A stretch of 64,000 bases of DNA from Hemiscyllium ocellatum (taxonomy: Eukaryota). The notes under the pieces were generated by a model that was not told the origin of the DNA, ran no database searches, and saw only the letters and a list, made by a program, of their open reading frames with translations. Positions 35,351-47,585 of the stretch are shown here, piece after piece (position 1 is the first letter of the stretch; every line of letters begins with the position of its first letter). Where the stretch lies: contig NC_083409.1 in NCBI RefSeq assembly GCF_020745735.1, forward strand, positions 18,310,341 through 18,374,340. Direction: 5' to 3'. The position numbers were made by a program, and so were the translations under genes.

Positions 35351-36879
35351 TATCCCTTTTGGTGGCTCTTAGCTACATTGTGGCCCTTTGTATCGTTCCC
35401 ATTCAGCAGAACCTGTTATTTTATTTGCTTTATTGTAAACTCTTGTCTTTTCCTTATCTCTTTAATTGTCCATTGTTGTTTGTTCTAAGAAGTGGAGCTT
35501 TTCCCTCTCAGGTATAAACTGGCTTTGTGTTATGTTGAATGTTCCTTTAAATATTCCCCACTGTTCTTCAGTTGTTTTACCCATGAGCAGATTTTCCCAG
35601 TTTACTATGGACAGTCTCTGACGCATCTCGTTAAAGTCGGCCCTACCTTTATCTCAAATTCTAGCAGCTGATTCATGCTTTTTATTTTCAAATGCGACAC
35701 TGAACTCGATCATGTTATGATCACTATTTGATAAATATTCATGCACAAATAGTTACGAACTAAATCTGGCTCATTATTCATTACTAATTCCAATATTGCT
35801 GGTCCCCTTGCTGTATCCAGAACCTATTGCTGTTGGAAACTATTCTGGACACACAGCAGCAATTTCTGACAGAGGGCTTGTCTGTCTCCCAATCTAAGTT
35901 AAAGTTAAACCTCCCCATGAATAATACACTTAATGACCTGTAATTTCCTGGTTTTTCTCTCATATCATTGTGAGAGAAGCATTGTGTTTTGCTGCACACT
36001 TGTCTAATTTCTGTATATATACAATCCAGCACCTCAGAGCTGCTGCTGATAGTGTGTGTGTGTGTGTGTGTGTCTGAGGGGTGGGGGGTTGGGGGGTGGT
36101 GCACACAATATCTATGACAGTTTTAGATCCTTTTCTGCTCCTCAGTTGCACTGAATGCTTTCCCCTCATTATAACCTCCCTCACCATTGAAGTCTTTGTG
36201 TTTCTAATCAATAAATCTGCTCCACCTCTTCTGTCATTTCCCCATGTCCATCCTGTGAACCTTCTAACCGGATATATTTAGTTCCCAATCCTAACGATTC
36301 TGTAAATATGTCTCAGTAATTTATCCTATAGCAAAATCTTAAATTTGAATTTGTGTGTGCAGATTATTGAATATATTCCTTACACTCAGTGCATTCGTAT
36401 ATTTCAAACTCGTATTTGGTCCATTCACTGGAATCTGTTCCTCAGCACTGATGCTGTATTCACCTCTTTCTTATTTCTCTCTTCTGATAGCTTTCCTGAT
36501 ATTGCCCAAATATGACCTTTTGCCAATTTTCACTGAGGTTGTTGGTCCCAACACACACAACAACTAGATCCTCCCCCATTTCCCCCACCCCCCGCACGCC
36601 ATTATACTTTCAAGCTGGTTCGAGATGCCCCTTATCTTGGCACCAGGCAGGCAACACACCATGCAGGACACTCAATCCTGCTCACAAAGGATGCTATCAG
36701 TGCCCCTCATTATCAAATCCCCCTCTTTCCTTTGTGCTCCCCCAGCCTGAATGGCCTCCTGGCCCACGGTGCAGTGGTTTTCTTTCATTCATTCATCGGA
36801 TATGGGCATCTCTGGCCAAGCCAGCATTTCCTGCTCATAAGGCAGTTAACAGACAACCACATGAAATCATAGAATCATA

Positions 36880-37200
36880 GGTTCCATACAGTGTGAAACA
36901 GGCCATTCAACCCCATGAGTCCACACCAACATTCTGAGGAGCATCCCACTCAGATCTATCCCCTTATCCCTGCATCTCCCATGGTTAATGCACCTAATCT
37001 ACACATCCCTGAACACTATGGGTAATTTAGCATGGCCAATCCATCTATCTTGCACATCTTTGAATTGTGGGAGGAAACCAGAGCACCTGACACAAACCCA
37101 TGTAGACATCAGATGAACGTGCAAACTTCACACGCCCGAGAGTGAATCAACCTCGGGATCCTGACACTGAGAGGCAGCAGTGCTAACCACTGAGTCACAT
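36880..37200 (-). mobile_element. Old HE1-like SINE
   Basis: Degenerate V-SINE core and A box (cagtgctaaccactgag). Confidence 0.75.
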
Positions 37201-37554
37201 TGCTGTGTGTCTGGAGTCACACATAAGGCCGGGTAAGGATGACAGATTTTCTCGTCTAAAGGTTATTCGTGAACTGAATGAGTTTTCTCCACAATCAACA
37301 ATGGATTAATACTCACCATTAGACTCTTAATTCCAGAACCATTCTTGAATTGAAATTCCACTGTCTGCCATGGCAGGATTTGAACCCAGGTCCCCAGAAC
37401 ATTAACTGAGTTTCTGGATTAATCGTCCAGCAATAATACCAATGGCCATTGTCTCCCCCTGTGTTAGCCTACCTGATGGTGACAAAATTGGCCTTCCCCC
37501 TGTTTTGACACTTAATTTCTGCTCTATCAATATCTCTTTAATTAACATAAGTGA

Positions 37555-37750
37555 ACGGTGGCTCAGTGGTTAGCACTGCTTCCTCACAGCACCAGGGTCC
37601 CAGGTTCTATTCTGGCCTTGATCAACTGTCTGTGTGGAGTTTGCACATTCTCCCTGTGTCTACATGGGTTTTCTCTGGGTACTCCGGTCTCCTCCCACAT
37701 TCCAAAGTTGTGCAGGTCAGGTGAATAGGCCATGTTAAATTGTCCATGAT
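37555..37750 (+). mobile_element. HE1-type SINE 5' part
   Basis: ggtggctcagtggttagcactgc..ctgtgtggagtttgcacattctcc. Confidence 0.85.
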
Positions 37751-38789
37751 TGTAATTTTAAATTTCCTGTTGGTCTTTATTTTTTAATCTGTAAAATATT
37801 TCCGTCAAGGAGACAGAGAAGGCTCCAGCACAGGAAGAGGCTGTTCAGCCCGTCGTATCAGTGCTGGCTGTTTATTAACCTCATTCACAATGAACATCTC
37901 CATTCAATGTTTGTTGTCAGGAATTGATTGAATCTGTTTTTAGAGACAGGATGACTAACAAATGACTAACTAACATGAACTACTCCAAGAGAGTCAGCAT
38001 GGATTTATAAAGGTTCAGACATCTTTAACTAACCTGGTTACACTTTGTTAGGAGCACACTAGTGTGGGATATAAGGGAATGTCGATGGCTATTGTCTAAA
38101 GGGAATTCCACAAGACATTTAAAAAGAGACATGGAATCAGATGGAATTTGAGAAATGCATTTACCTTGGGTCAGGAATGGGTCTGGAGCTAGGAGACAGA
38201 GAGGAGGGATAATGTGCATGTCCTCCAATGAGCAAGATGTGAATAGTGGTGTCCCCAGGGATCTGTGCTGGGACGTCAGCTTCACACAATATTTCTCAAT
38301 GACTTGGATGAAGAAATAGAGAACCATATATCCAAGATTGTTGATCACTCTGAGTGAGGTGGTTTGGAGGGTGAGATAGGGAGGGTGGAAGGACAGGGAG
38401 AGGTTTGAGAACAAGGATGAGAACTTGCAAATCAAGACATTTCTGGACTGGGAGCCAATGTAGGTCAGTGAGCACAAGGGGAGGGAATGGGGGAATGGGG
38501 CTTGGTGGGAGTTCGGATACTCGCAGCAGAGTTTGGGATGAGCTGATGTTTACCGAAGGTGATGGCTGTGATGTGGGCCAGGACAACAGTGGAATGGTCA
38601 TGCTTGGAGTCCCTATCACATAGCTGAGATTTTCAGTGTCTGATCTTTGTGATGTGGAGGATGTGGGGCTCAGATCAGCCTCAAAGATGAATCTAAGGTC
38701 GTAAACAGTCTGGTTAAGCAGCAGACAGTTCTCAGGGAGAGGGATGCAGTTTGTATTGGGAGCTGAAGAGGATGGCTTTGATCTTCCCA

Positions 38790-39045
38790 ATGTGTTTCCC
38801 AGTGAGCCTGACTCCTCAGTCCTGACTGCTCTTAGCTGCTGTGATTGTCACTGATTAGACACTTATTATTAGAGATTCTGACCACAGCAGAAAGCCCCAG
38901 TGTAAAAAATAACTGCAAAGACTGTCAGATCACAAGGTTGAAACTTCACCAAGAGAGGAAGTGAAAGAAGGAGTTCAGAGCAGCTGGACCTTTGTTACTG
39001 AGAAAACTGTGAACCATCTGCATTCCCTGGAATCTGACGGCACAA
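38790..39045 (+). promoter_or_regulatory. Candidate B-cell enhancer upstream of cluster 2
   Basis: RUNX ACCACA 38881-38886, EICE GGAAGTGAAA 38957-38966, E-boxes CAGCTG 38981-38986 and CATCTG 39015-39020. Confidence 0.55.
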
Positions 39046-42000
39046 GAGGAGGCCATTCAGCCCATTGTGTCTGTGAGTGACCAAAGTAGTCCTACTGCTC
39101 CTCTCTCTCCCCATAATCCAGCAAACCTTTCCTTTCCAGCTCGATCTTAATGCTCTCTTGTCGACCTGGGTAGACAGCACAGGATTGCCCCTAATCTGCG
39201 TTCCAAATTGGCATCTCATTCATTCATTGGGAGACAAGCTGCCAGGGCTGGGAAATGGAGCTCAGGATCCTGAATATTCCCTCTCCCCTCCTGAGGGACC
39301 CTTCATTCGGTTTTGCATATTCATTCGTGGGAAGTGGGCTTCACCGGCTGGCCCAGCATTTTCTACCCTGTCCCTAGTTACCCTGGAGAAGGTGGTGGGA
39401 AGCTGCCTTCTTGAATCGCTATAGTCCACAAGCTGTAAGTTGACCCACAATGCTCTTCGGGAGGGAATGCCAGCATTTTAACCCAGCAAGGCTGAGGGAT
39501 TAGCAACATATTTCCAAGTCAGGATGCTAAGCTTTTCCGAGGGGAAATTGCAGCTCATAGTGTTCCCATGTGTCTGCAGCTCCTGGTCTTCGAAACAGAA
39601 GTGGATGTGGGTTTGGAAGGAAACCAAAAGAAATGCGGATGCTGTAAATCCGAGACAAAGATCTAAATTGCTGGAAAAGCTCGGCAGGTCTGGCAACATC
39701 TGTGAAGAGAGATGCACAGGTCAAGCACGAAACATTAACTCTGATTTCTCTCCCCAGATGCTGCCAGACTTGCTGAGCTTTTCCAGCGATTTCTATGTTT
39801 GTCCATGGGTTTGGAAGGTGCTATCTGAGGACCTTTGGTGAGTTTCTGCAGTGCATCTTATCGATAATACTCACTGCTGCTACTGAGCATCGGGAATGGT
39901 GAGAGTGGATGCTTTGAGAATGTGATGCCAATCAAGCAGGTTGCTTGGCTCTGGATGGTATCAAACTTTTCGATTGGATGAGAAAGACATAGACACGAAT
40001 AGATTAGAGGGATACGGGCCAAATGCAGGCAAATGAGACTCGTTCACTTCAGAAACCCTGGTCAGCATGGAGAAGATTGGCTTCAAGGCTTGTTTCTTCG
40101 CCGTATGACTCTGTGACACTATCAGTCTATGAATGTTGTTGGAGCTGCACCTGTCCAGGCAAGTGGGGAGTATTTGCTCACACTCCTGACTTGGTTGACA
40201 GGCTTTCGGGGAATCAGGAGGTGAGTTACTCAATACAGTATTTCTAGCCTCTAACCTGCTCTTGTAACCAATGAGCTTCTGTGGTGAGTCCAGTTGTGTT
40301 TCTGGTCAATGGCACCTCAAGAATGCTGATAGTGGGGATTCAGTGATGGTAATAGCATTGACTGTCAAGGGACGATGGTTAGGATGTCTCTTATTGCTGA
40401 TGGTCATTGGCTGGCATTTGCATGGCACCAATGGAAAATATCACTTCTCAGACAAAACCTGGATGTTGTCCAAATATTGTTGTATTTGAACATGGACTAT
40501 TTCAGTATCTGTGGAGTTGAGAATGGTGCTGAACATTGCCAAAGATTGCACAATCATCCCCATTTACGAGTTTGCATTGAGTTGCAATATTTGTTTGGAG
40601 TCTGTCCTATTTAGTACGGTGATAGTACCACACAACACAATGGAGGGGATTCTCAATGTGAAGGTCAGATTTTGTTTCCACAAGGACTGTGTGATGGTCA
40701 CTCTTATCAATACTGTCAAGGATAGATGCATCTACAGCCACAAGATTGGTGAGGATGGGGTCAAGCATCTTTTTCCATCTTTTTGGTTCCAGCTGCAGAG
40801 CCAGTCCCTCAGCTACATCCATGAGGAACCAACCAGATCGATCAGGAATGCTGCTGCCGAGCCACTCTCAGTGGTGGACATTGAAACCCCCCACCCAGAG
40901 TACACTCTCTGCTGTCATCACCCTCAGTGCTTCCTCCAAATGTTGTTCAACATCCAGGAGAGACTGATTCATCAGCCGAGGGAGCAAGATACCTTGTAAT
41001 CACCAGAAGGTTTCCTCGCCCATGTTTAACCTGGTGTCATGAGGTCCAGAGCCAACTTTGAGATTTTCCAGGGTAACTCCCTCCTGGCTGTAGACCACTG
41101 TGTCATCAGCTCTGCTGGGTCTGCCTTTCTGGTGGGACAGGACACATGCAGGGACAGTGATGGCGGTGTCTGGGGCATTGTCTGTAAGGTATGATTCTGT
41201 GAGTATGACTGTGTCAGGCTGTTGCTTGACTAGTCTGTAAGACAGCTCTCCTGAATTTGGCACTAGCTCCCAGATGTCAGGAAGGAGGATGGAGCAGGGT
41301 AGACAGGACTGTTTCTGTCATTGTCTTTTCAGAGTCTAGATCGGTGCCTGCGGTCTGTCCGGTCTCATTTCTTTGTTGAAATATTGTCATAATTGATACA
41401 ACTGAGAGCCCTGCTCGGCCATTTCAGAGGGCAGTTAAGGGTCAACCACATTGCTGGGGTACAGTTCCATGGACCCTGTAGTACATTCTGTCCTCTCCCA
41501 CTTCCCCATTCTTAATGTGGAAGGCTGGAGGTTGCTAGTAGGATATTCAACTGCAGGAGCTATCACAGCCCCCTGCACAATTCTGTCCCCACATTAAATC
41601 CACACAAATCTTGAAGTCACATAGCACCTGCAATGTTCAAAATGGTCCAAGATGGTTCACAAAGTTGCAGTAAGAGGAATGGGGGAGGGGGTGGAGGAAC
41701 ATAAGAACTAGGAGCAGGAGCAGGCAATTCAGCTCCACAATCCCACTCCACCATTTAATACAATCATGGCTGATCCCACCTCAGACTCAACTCCACTTTC
41801 CTGCCCACTCTCCATCATCCTTTAACCCATTACCCATTAAATATCTGTCCATCTCCTCCCTGATGTGAGACAGGGAAGGGACCACTCCATTCAGAAAAGA
41901 ATGACTATGGAAGGGGAAGGGATTGGAACATGTTGTGAATGGACAGGATGGGTCAGTGGGTCAGAGCCTGTCCTGTCCCTCCAACTCACGCTGATGGCCT

Positions 42001-42303
42001 GAGGATCTCCTCTCTCTGCTGGGCCTTCATGGAATGAGGTTTGTGTCCAAACCAGTCCCCAGTGAGAATAGGCCAACAGCACAGAACTGCCCTTCATTTC
42101 ACAAGAATCTGTCCATCTTCCTGAGACAGACCAAACCCTGGTCAATGCGGGAAATGGGGCTTTATTCCAGGAGAAGACAGGGGTCAAGGGGCAACATCCA
42201 TTTGTGGGGCAGAGCAGAGGGAGATTTATCCTGCATTCAACTGTCACCACCCAGGACACTGTCAGAAAGAGAGAGAAGCGAGACAGAGAGAGATAGAACA
42301 AGA

Positions 42304-42380
<77 letters not shown>

Positions 42381-42383
<3 letters not shown>

Positions 42384-43790
42384 CATCTGAGACAGTGTGA
42401 GATATGTGATGAAACCAAAAGAGAGGTAGAGGGAGGCAGTAATGGTGAAGTTGAGGGATAAAGAGAGAGAAACAAGATGTGAGACAGTGTGACTGATAGG
42501 GATGGAGAGAGACAAAGAGATAAGGTGAGAGAAAGGGACAGGATGGGTGTGAGACCAAGCATGAAGAGAATTGACAGAGAGGGTAGGGTGGAGTGTGTGT
42601 GTGTGAGAGAGAGACATGAGTATGGATAGATACAGAATGACAGAGAGGGAGGGAGAGCGACTGTAGATTGGGATGTAGAGAGGGAGGGAGAGAGACAGAG
42701 GGAGGAATATAGAGGGAAAGATAACAGTTGGAGGCTTTTAATTGAAGTGAGAGAGGGAGCGAGTGACAGAGACAGAGAGATGGAGAAACAGAGATTATGA
42801 GATGGAGTGAGCAATCATCAGTGAGTTGGAGGGAGTGACTATGAGACAGAGTGTGAGAAAGAGAGAGAGAAAATATGAGAGATTAACAGTGGGGGAGAGA
42901 GTGGTAGGATGTGATTGTACCTGAGAGGGTACAGGGGAGATTTCCCAGGATGCTGCCTGAATCTGAGCTTTGAGAAAAGATTGGAAAGGTTGGGGTTGTT
43001 TTCCTTGGAGCAGTGAAGGCTGAGAGGGGACCTGATAGAGAGGGATAGGAATATTTGGAGCAGTGATAGGGTGGGTAGGAAGACACTTTTTGCATGAGAC
43101 AAGGACTCAATAACCTGGGACAGAGATTGTAGGCAACACAGACATGGATACATAGAAACTGCTGCAGGAGTTAGCCATTTGGCCCATTGAGCCTGCTCTG
43201 TCATTCAGTATGATCATGGCTGATCCTCTATCTCAAAGCCATATTCCTGCTTTCTCCCTATTCCCTTCATGCTGTTAAAATGCAAACAATTATCTCTCTT
43301 TTTCTTTAATATATTCAGTTCCTTATCTTCCACAGACTTCAGTAAAGAGAATTCCACGGGTGGTCAACCCTGTATGGACTAACCCCGAAATGGACTACCC
43401 TGTATCCCCCTGAGACTGTGTCCCCTGGTTCCAGACTTCCCAACCAGGGGAAACCTCGTCCCTGCCCAGCCCTGTTAGAATTTTATACATCCATCTGAAT
43501 TTGAGTGAGTCCAGGCCCAGTCGAGTTCGAGAGTGAGAGGAGAATTGAGGAGAAATGTTTTCACCCAGAGGGTGGTGGGAGACTGGAACTCGCTGCCTGA
43601 AAGGCTGGTTGAATCACAAACTCTCGTGACATTGGAGCACTGTTTAGATATTCCCTTGTGTTGCTGTAGCCCCCAGGGTAATGGGCCAAGAGCTGGAGGA
43701 TGGGATTAGTGTCATGAGATCTTGGTTTAACAGCACAGACACAATGGGCCAAATGGCCTCATTCAGGGCTGCTCACATCAATGACTCTCT
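42381..43790. other. About 1.4-kb segment (GA-rich DNA plus CR1 fragments) present only upstream of cluster 2
   Basis: Sits inside the GA microsatellite, which is contiguous with the promoter in cluster 1. Confidence 0.75.
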
Positions 43791-43817
43791 GAGACAGAGA
43801 GAGAGAGAGAGAGAGAG

Positions 43818-43916
43818 AAGAGGAAGTGTGAGGGGCTGACGTGGCTCTCTCTGCCTGATGCCATTTACATACTGAGGAACACCCAGTCAGACTCTCACAG
43901 GCTGCAGCTTTATAAA
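43818..43916 (+). promoter_or_regulatory. V promoter of cluster 2: ETS/PU.1 site, TGACGTGG, variant octamer, TATA
   Basis: AAGAGGAAGTG 43818-43828, TGACGTGG 43837-43844, ATTTACAT 43863-43870 (7/8 octamer match), TATAAA 43911-43916. Confidence 0.85.
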
Positions 43917-43976
43917 GCAGAGACCAGTGAAGGGAGAGTTTATCAGGAACCAGGCACAGGGACAGGAGCACACACC

Positions 43977-44025
43977 ATGATTTCACACATCCAGCTGATC
44001 TGGCCCCTGGCATTCTGTATCGCAG
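43977..44025 (+). CDS. IGKV: Ig kappa leader exon, cluster 2
   Basis: MISHIQLIWPLAFCIA(G), GT at 44026, 186-bp intron ending AG at 44210-44211. Confidence 0.95.
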
Positions 44026-44211
44026 GTACAAATCTCTCTCCTTCCACCTTGAATCTTTAGCTGCTCTCCATTTCACTCCAATTCCACTGACTTGTGATTG
44101 AAGGGAAAATGCTGAAACCAGAGGAATGCTCAGTGTCTCCAACAATCTCTCATTTGACCGGCTCTTTCTGTGACAGTTCTGACTTCACTGTGTTTCTCTC
44201 TGACCCCTCAG

Positions 44212-44541
44212 GTATCAGTGGGGACATCATCATGAGCCAGTCTCCCCCGGTGCTGTCAGTGGGACTGGACCAGACCGCAACACTCACCTGTACGGCCAGT
44301 CAATCTGTTAGCAAGTGGGTTGACTGGTTCCAGCAGCGAGAAGGTCAGAAACCCTCTCTCCTGATCTATGATGCAACAACTCGATTCACAGGAGTCTCCG
44401 AGCGATTCACCGGCAGTCGATCAGGGACCAGTTACACCCTGACAATCAGCAACGTTCAGAATGAAGATGTCGCTGACTATTACTGTATGCAGCGTAACAG
44501 CTGGCCTTTCACGTTCGGTAAAGGAACCAAGCTCAGACTGA
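44212..44541 (+). CDS. IGKV: Pre-joined in-frame V-J kappa exon, cluster 2
   Basis: [110 protein letters not shown]. Both Cys and the Trp are intact, there is no RSS, and the donor is GTAAGT at 44542. Confidence 0.97.
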
Positions 44542-44752
44542 GTAAGTAAACCTCAATCTTCCTTTTTAACCCTGTCAATACTGAAACACACTTTCTAAGA
44601 TACAGTTACTGATTTGTTGAAGGTGTTAGTGGGGAGCTACAGTGAATGAAATGGTTGATTGAGGAGCACTGTATCTAACAGGGTGTTCAGTTCTATTTCT
44701 TTTGTTCCATTGCTCCCTTTAAAAAATAAGATATAAGGCAGTAAGTTTTAGA

Positions 44753-45053
44753 TTAGATTAGACTTACAGTGTGGAAACAGGCCCTTCGGCCCAACAAGTC
44801 CACACCGACCCGCCGAAGCGCAACCCACCCATACCCCTACATTTACCCCTTACCTAACACTACGGGCAATTTAGCTTGGCCAATTCCCCTGCACATCTTT
44901 GTGACTGTGGGAGGAAACCGGAGCACCCGGAGGAAACCCACGCAGACACGGGGAGAACGTGCAAACTCCACACAGTCAGTCGCCTGAGTCGGGAATTGAA
45001 CCCGGTCTACAGGCGCTGTGAGGCAGCAGTGCTAACCACTGTGCCACCGTGCC
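44753..45053 (-). mobile_element. HE1-type SINE, full length, specific to the cluster-2 intron
   Basis: Consensus-like from ggcacggtggcacagtgg to the tctaatct tail. Empty site at about 10082-10088. Confidence 0.92.
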
Positions 45054-47316
45054 GTGTGTGGAGGAGCTCTGTCCATTTGCAGCCTGTGGTCCCATTCCTG
45101 CAGCATGGAGTGAAATCAGTGAGTAGCCTCCTGCCAGTCTCAGTGTGACCGACACAGGCAGAGTTTGATGTGAGCTCTGGCTCCCTGTCCCAGTCTCTGA
45201 TCTCACTGACCTCAGCAGCAGCAGCAGCAGCAGCACAGTGAGACACCGAGCTCCCACCTCCCCCAGCTTTAACTCTGCTCAATCACACAATCACAGAACT
45301 GTTACAGTGCACAAGGAGGCCATTCTGTCCATCCTGCCTGGACCGGCTCTCTGAATGAGCAATTCACTGAGTGTCATTCTCCTGCCTTCTCCCTGTCATC
45401 CTGCACATTGTTCCTTTTTAAATGATAGTCTCATTCCCTTTGGAATGTTTTAATTGAAGCTGCCTCCACCACACTCTCAGGCAGTGCACTCCACACCTTA
45501 ACCACCCACTGGCTGAAAATGTTGTTTCCTATCTCACTTTTGTTACTTTTCCCAATTATTTTCACTCCATGGCCTATCCCTCTCAATTATTTCTCAATTG
45601 GGAACATTTTCTCCCTTTGTACCCTGTCCAGGCCCCTCCTGGTTTTAATTCCTCGAACAAACCTCCTCTCAGCCTTCTCCAAAGAAGACAGTCCCAAATT
45701 CTCCAATCTCTCTTCATAACTGATGTTCCTCATCCCTGAAATGATCTTTGGGAATTTCTTTTGCCATTTCTACAAAACGTCACCTCCTTCCTGAATTATT
45801 CACATTTTCTATGACCCTCAGGATTTTATAAACCTCTATAAGGTTTATAAGTCACTCCTCAGACTCTTACGCATCAGAGTAAAAAGTCTCAGCTTTTCCC
45901 GCCTCTTATAGTCATGGAGTTATACAGCGTGGAAACAGACCTTTCAGTCCAACTTGTCCATGATAACCAGATATCCTAAATAACCTCATCCCATTTGCCA
46001 GCATTTGGCTTACATCCCTCTAAACCCTTCCTATCCATGTTCCCATCCCAATGTCTTTTAAATGTTGTAATTTTATCCGCGTCCAACGCTTTCTCTGGCA
46101 GCTCGATCCAGACACGCACCACCCTCTGTGTGACAAGTTACCTCTCAGGTCCCTTTTGAATCTTTTGCCTCTCGCCTTAAACCAATGCCATCTTGTTTTG
46201 GACTCCCTTTCCCAAGGAAAAGACCTTGGATATGCAACTTGTCCATGTCCCTCATGGTTTTATACACATCTATAAGGCCATCCCTCAGCCTTGAATGCTG
46301 CGGGAAAAATAGCCCAGTTTCGTCAGCCTTTCCCTGTAGATCAAAACCTCAAATTCCTGGCCATGTCCTTGTAAATCTTTCCTGCAGCTTTTTAAGTTTA
46401 ACAACATCCTTCCTATCGCAGAATGATCAGAATTTTTCACATCATTCTCAAAGTGGCCTCACCAATCTCCTGTACAGCTGCACCATGATGTCCCAACTCC
46501 TGTACTCAATGCTGTGACTAATAAAGGCAAGCATACCCAACACCTTCTTCATCACCCTGTCTACCTGTGACCCCACTTTCAAGGAATAATCCACCTGCAT
46601 CTTCACCCCTAGGTCTCTTTGTTTAGCAACACTCCACAGGGCCCTCCCATTAACTGTATAAATCCTGCCCTGGTTTGCCTTTCCAAAATGCGTCATCTCG
46701 CATTTAACTAAACTGAATTCCATTTGCCACACCTCTGCCCATTGCCCCATCTGATCAAGGTCCCGCTGTACCTTGAGATGAATTACTTCACTATCCACTA
46801 TCCCGCCAATTTTGATGTCATCTACAAACTTACTGTAACTCCTATATTCACATCCAAATCATTTCTTTAAATGACAAAAGTAGTGAACCCAGCACCAATG
46901 CTTGTGGCACACAGCTATAGACAGATTTCCAGTCTGAAAAAAACCCTTTACCAACACTCTCTGTCTCCTATCTTCAATCCAATTTTTTTACCCCAATGGC
47001 TCACTCCCACTGGATTCCTTGTGGTCTAACCTTATGAACTAATCTATCATGTGGAACCTTGTCAAACACTTTGCTAAAGTCCATATAGACAATGTTTACT
47101 GCTCTGTCTTCATCAATCTTCTTTGTCACCTCCTCAATCAAATTCAGGAGACATGATTTTCTATGCATAAAACCACATTGATTATCCAAAGAATGTAAAT
47201 CCTAACCCACAGAATCCACTCCAACATCTTACCCAGCACTGACATCAGGCTCACTTGTCTATAGTTCCCTGGCTTTTCCTTACAGTCTTTCTCAAATAAT
47301 GGCATAACATTATTCC

Positions 47317-47585
47317 CGCCTTAGGCAACTGACTGTGTGGAGTTTGCACATTCTCCCCATGTCTGCGTGGGGTTCCTCCGGGTGCTCCGGTTTCCTCCCA
47401 CAGTCGTAATGTGCAGGTTAGGTGAATTGGCCACGCTAAATTGCCTGTAGTGTTAGGTGCAGGGTAAGTGTAGGGGAATGGGTCTGGGTGGTGCGCTTCG
47501 GCGGGTCAGTGTGGACTTGTTGGGCCGAAGGGCCTGTTTCCACACTGTAAGTAATCTAATCTAATCTAATCTAATCTAATCTAAT
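47317..47585 (+). mobile_element. 5'-truncated HE1-type SINE specific to cluster 2
   Basis: V-SINE core and (ctaat)n tail. Absent at about 7838 in cluster 1. Confidence 0.88.

Noticed and set aside
41891-42814. 307-aa ORF and overlapping ORFs
   Set aside because: Translation of GA/GT low-complexity DNA (SLSL, HTHT runs).
44094-44211. N-terminal extension MIEGKMLKPEEC.. of the ORF-track V protein (also 11140-11257)
   Set aside because: It is read-through of the leader intron; the real start is the ATG at 43977 (11374).
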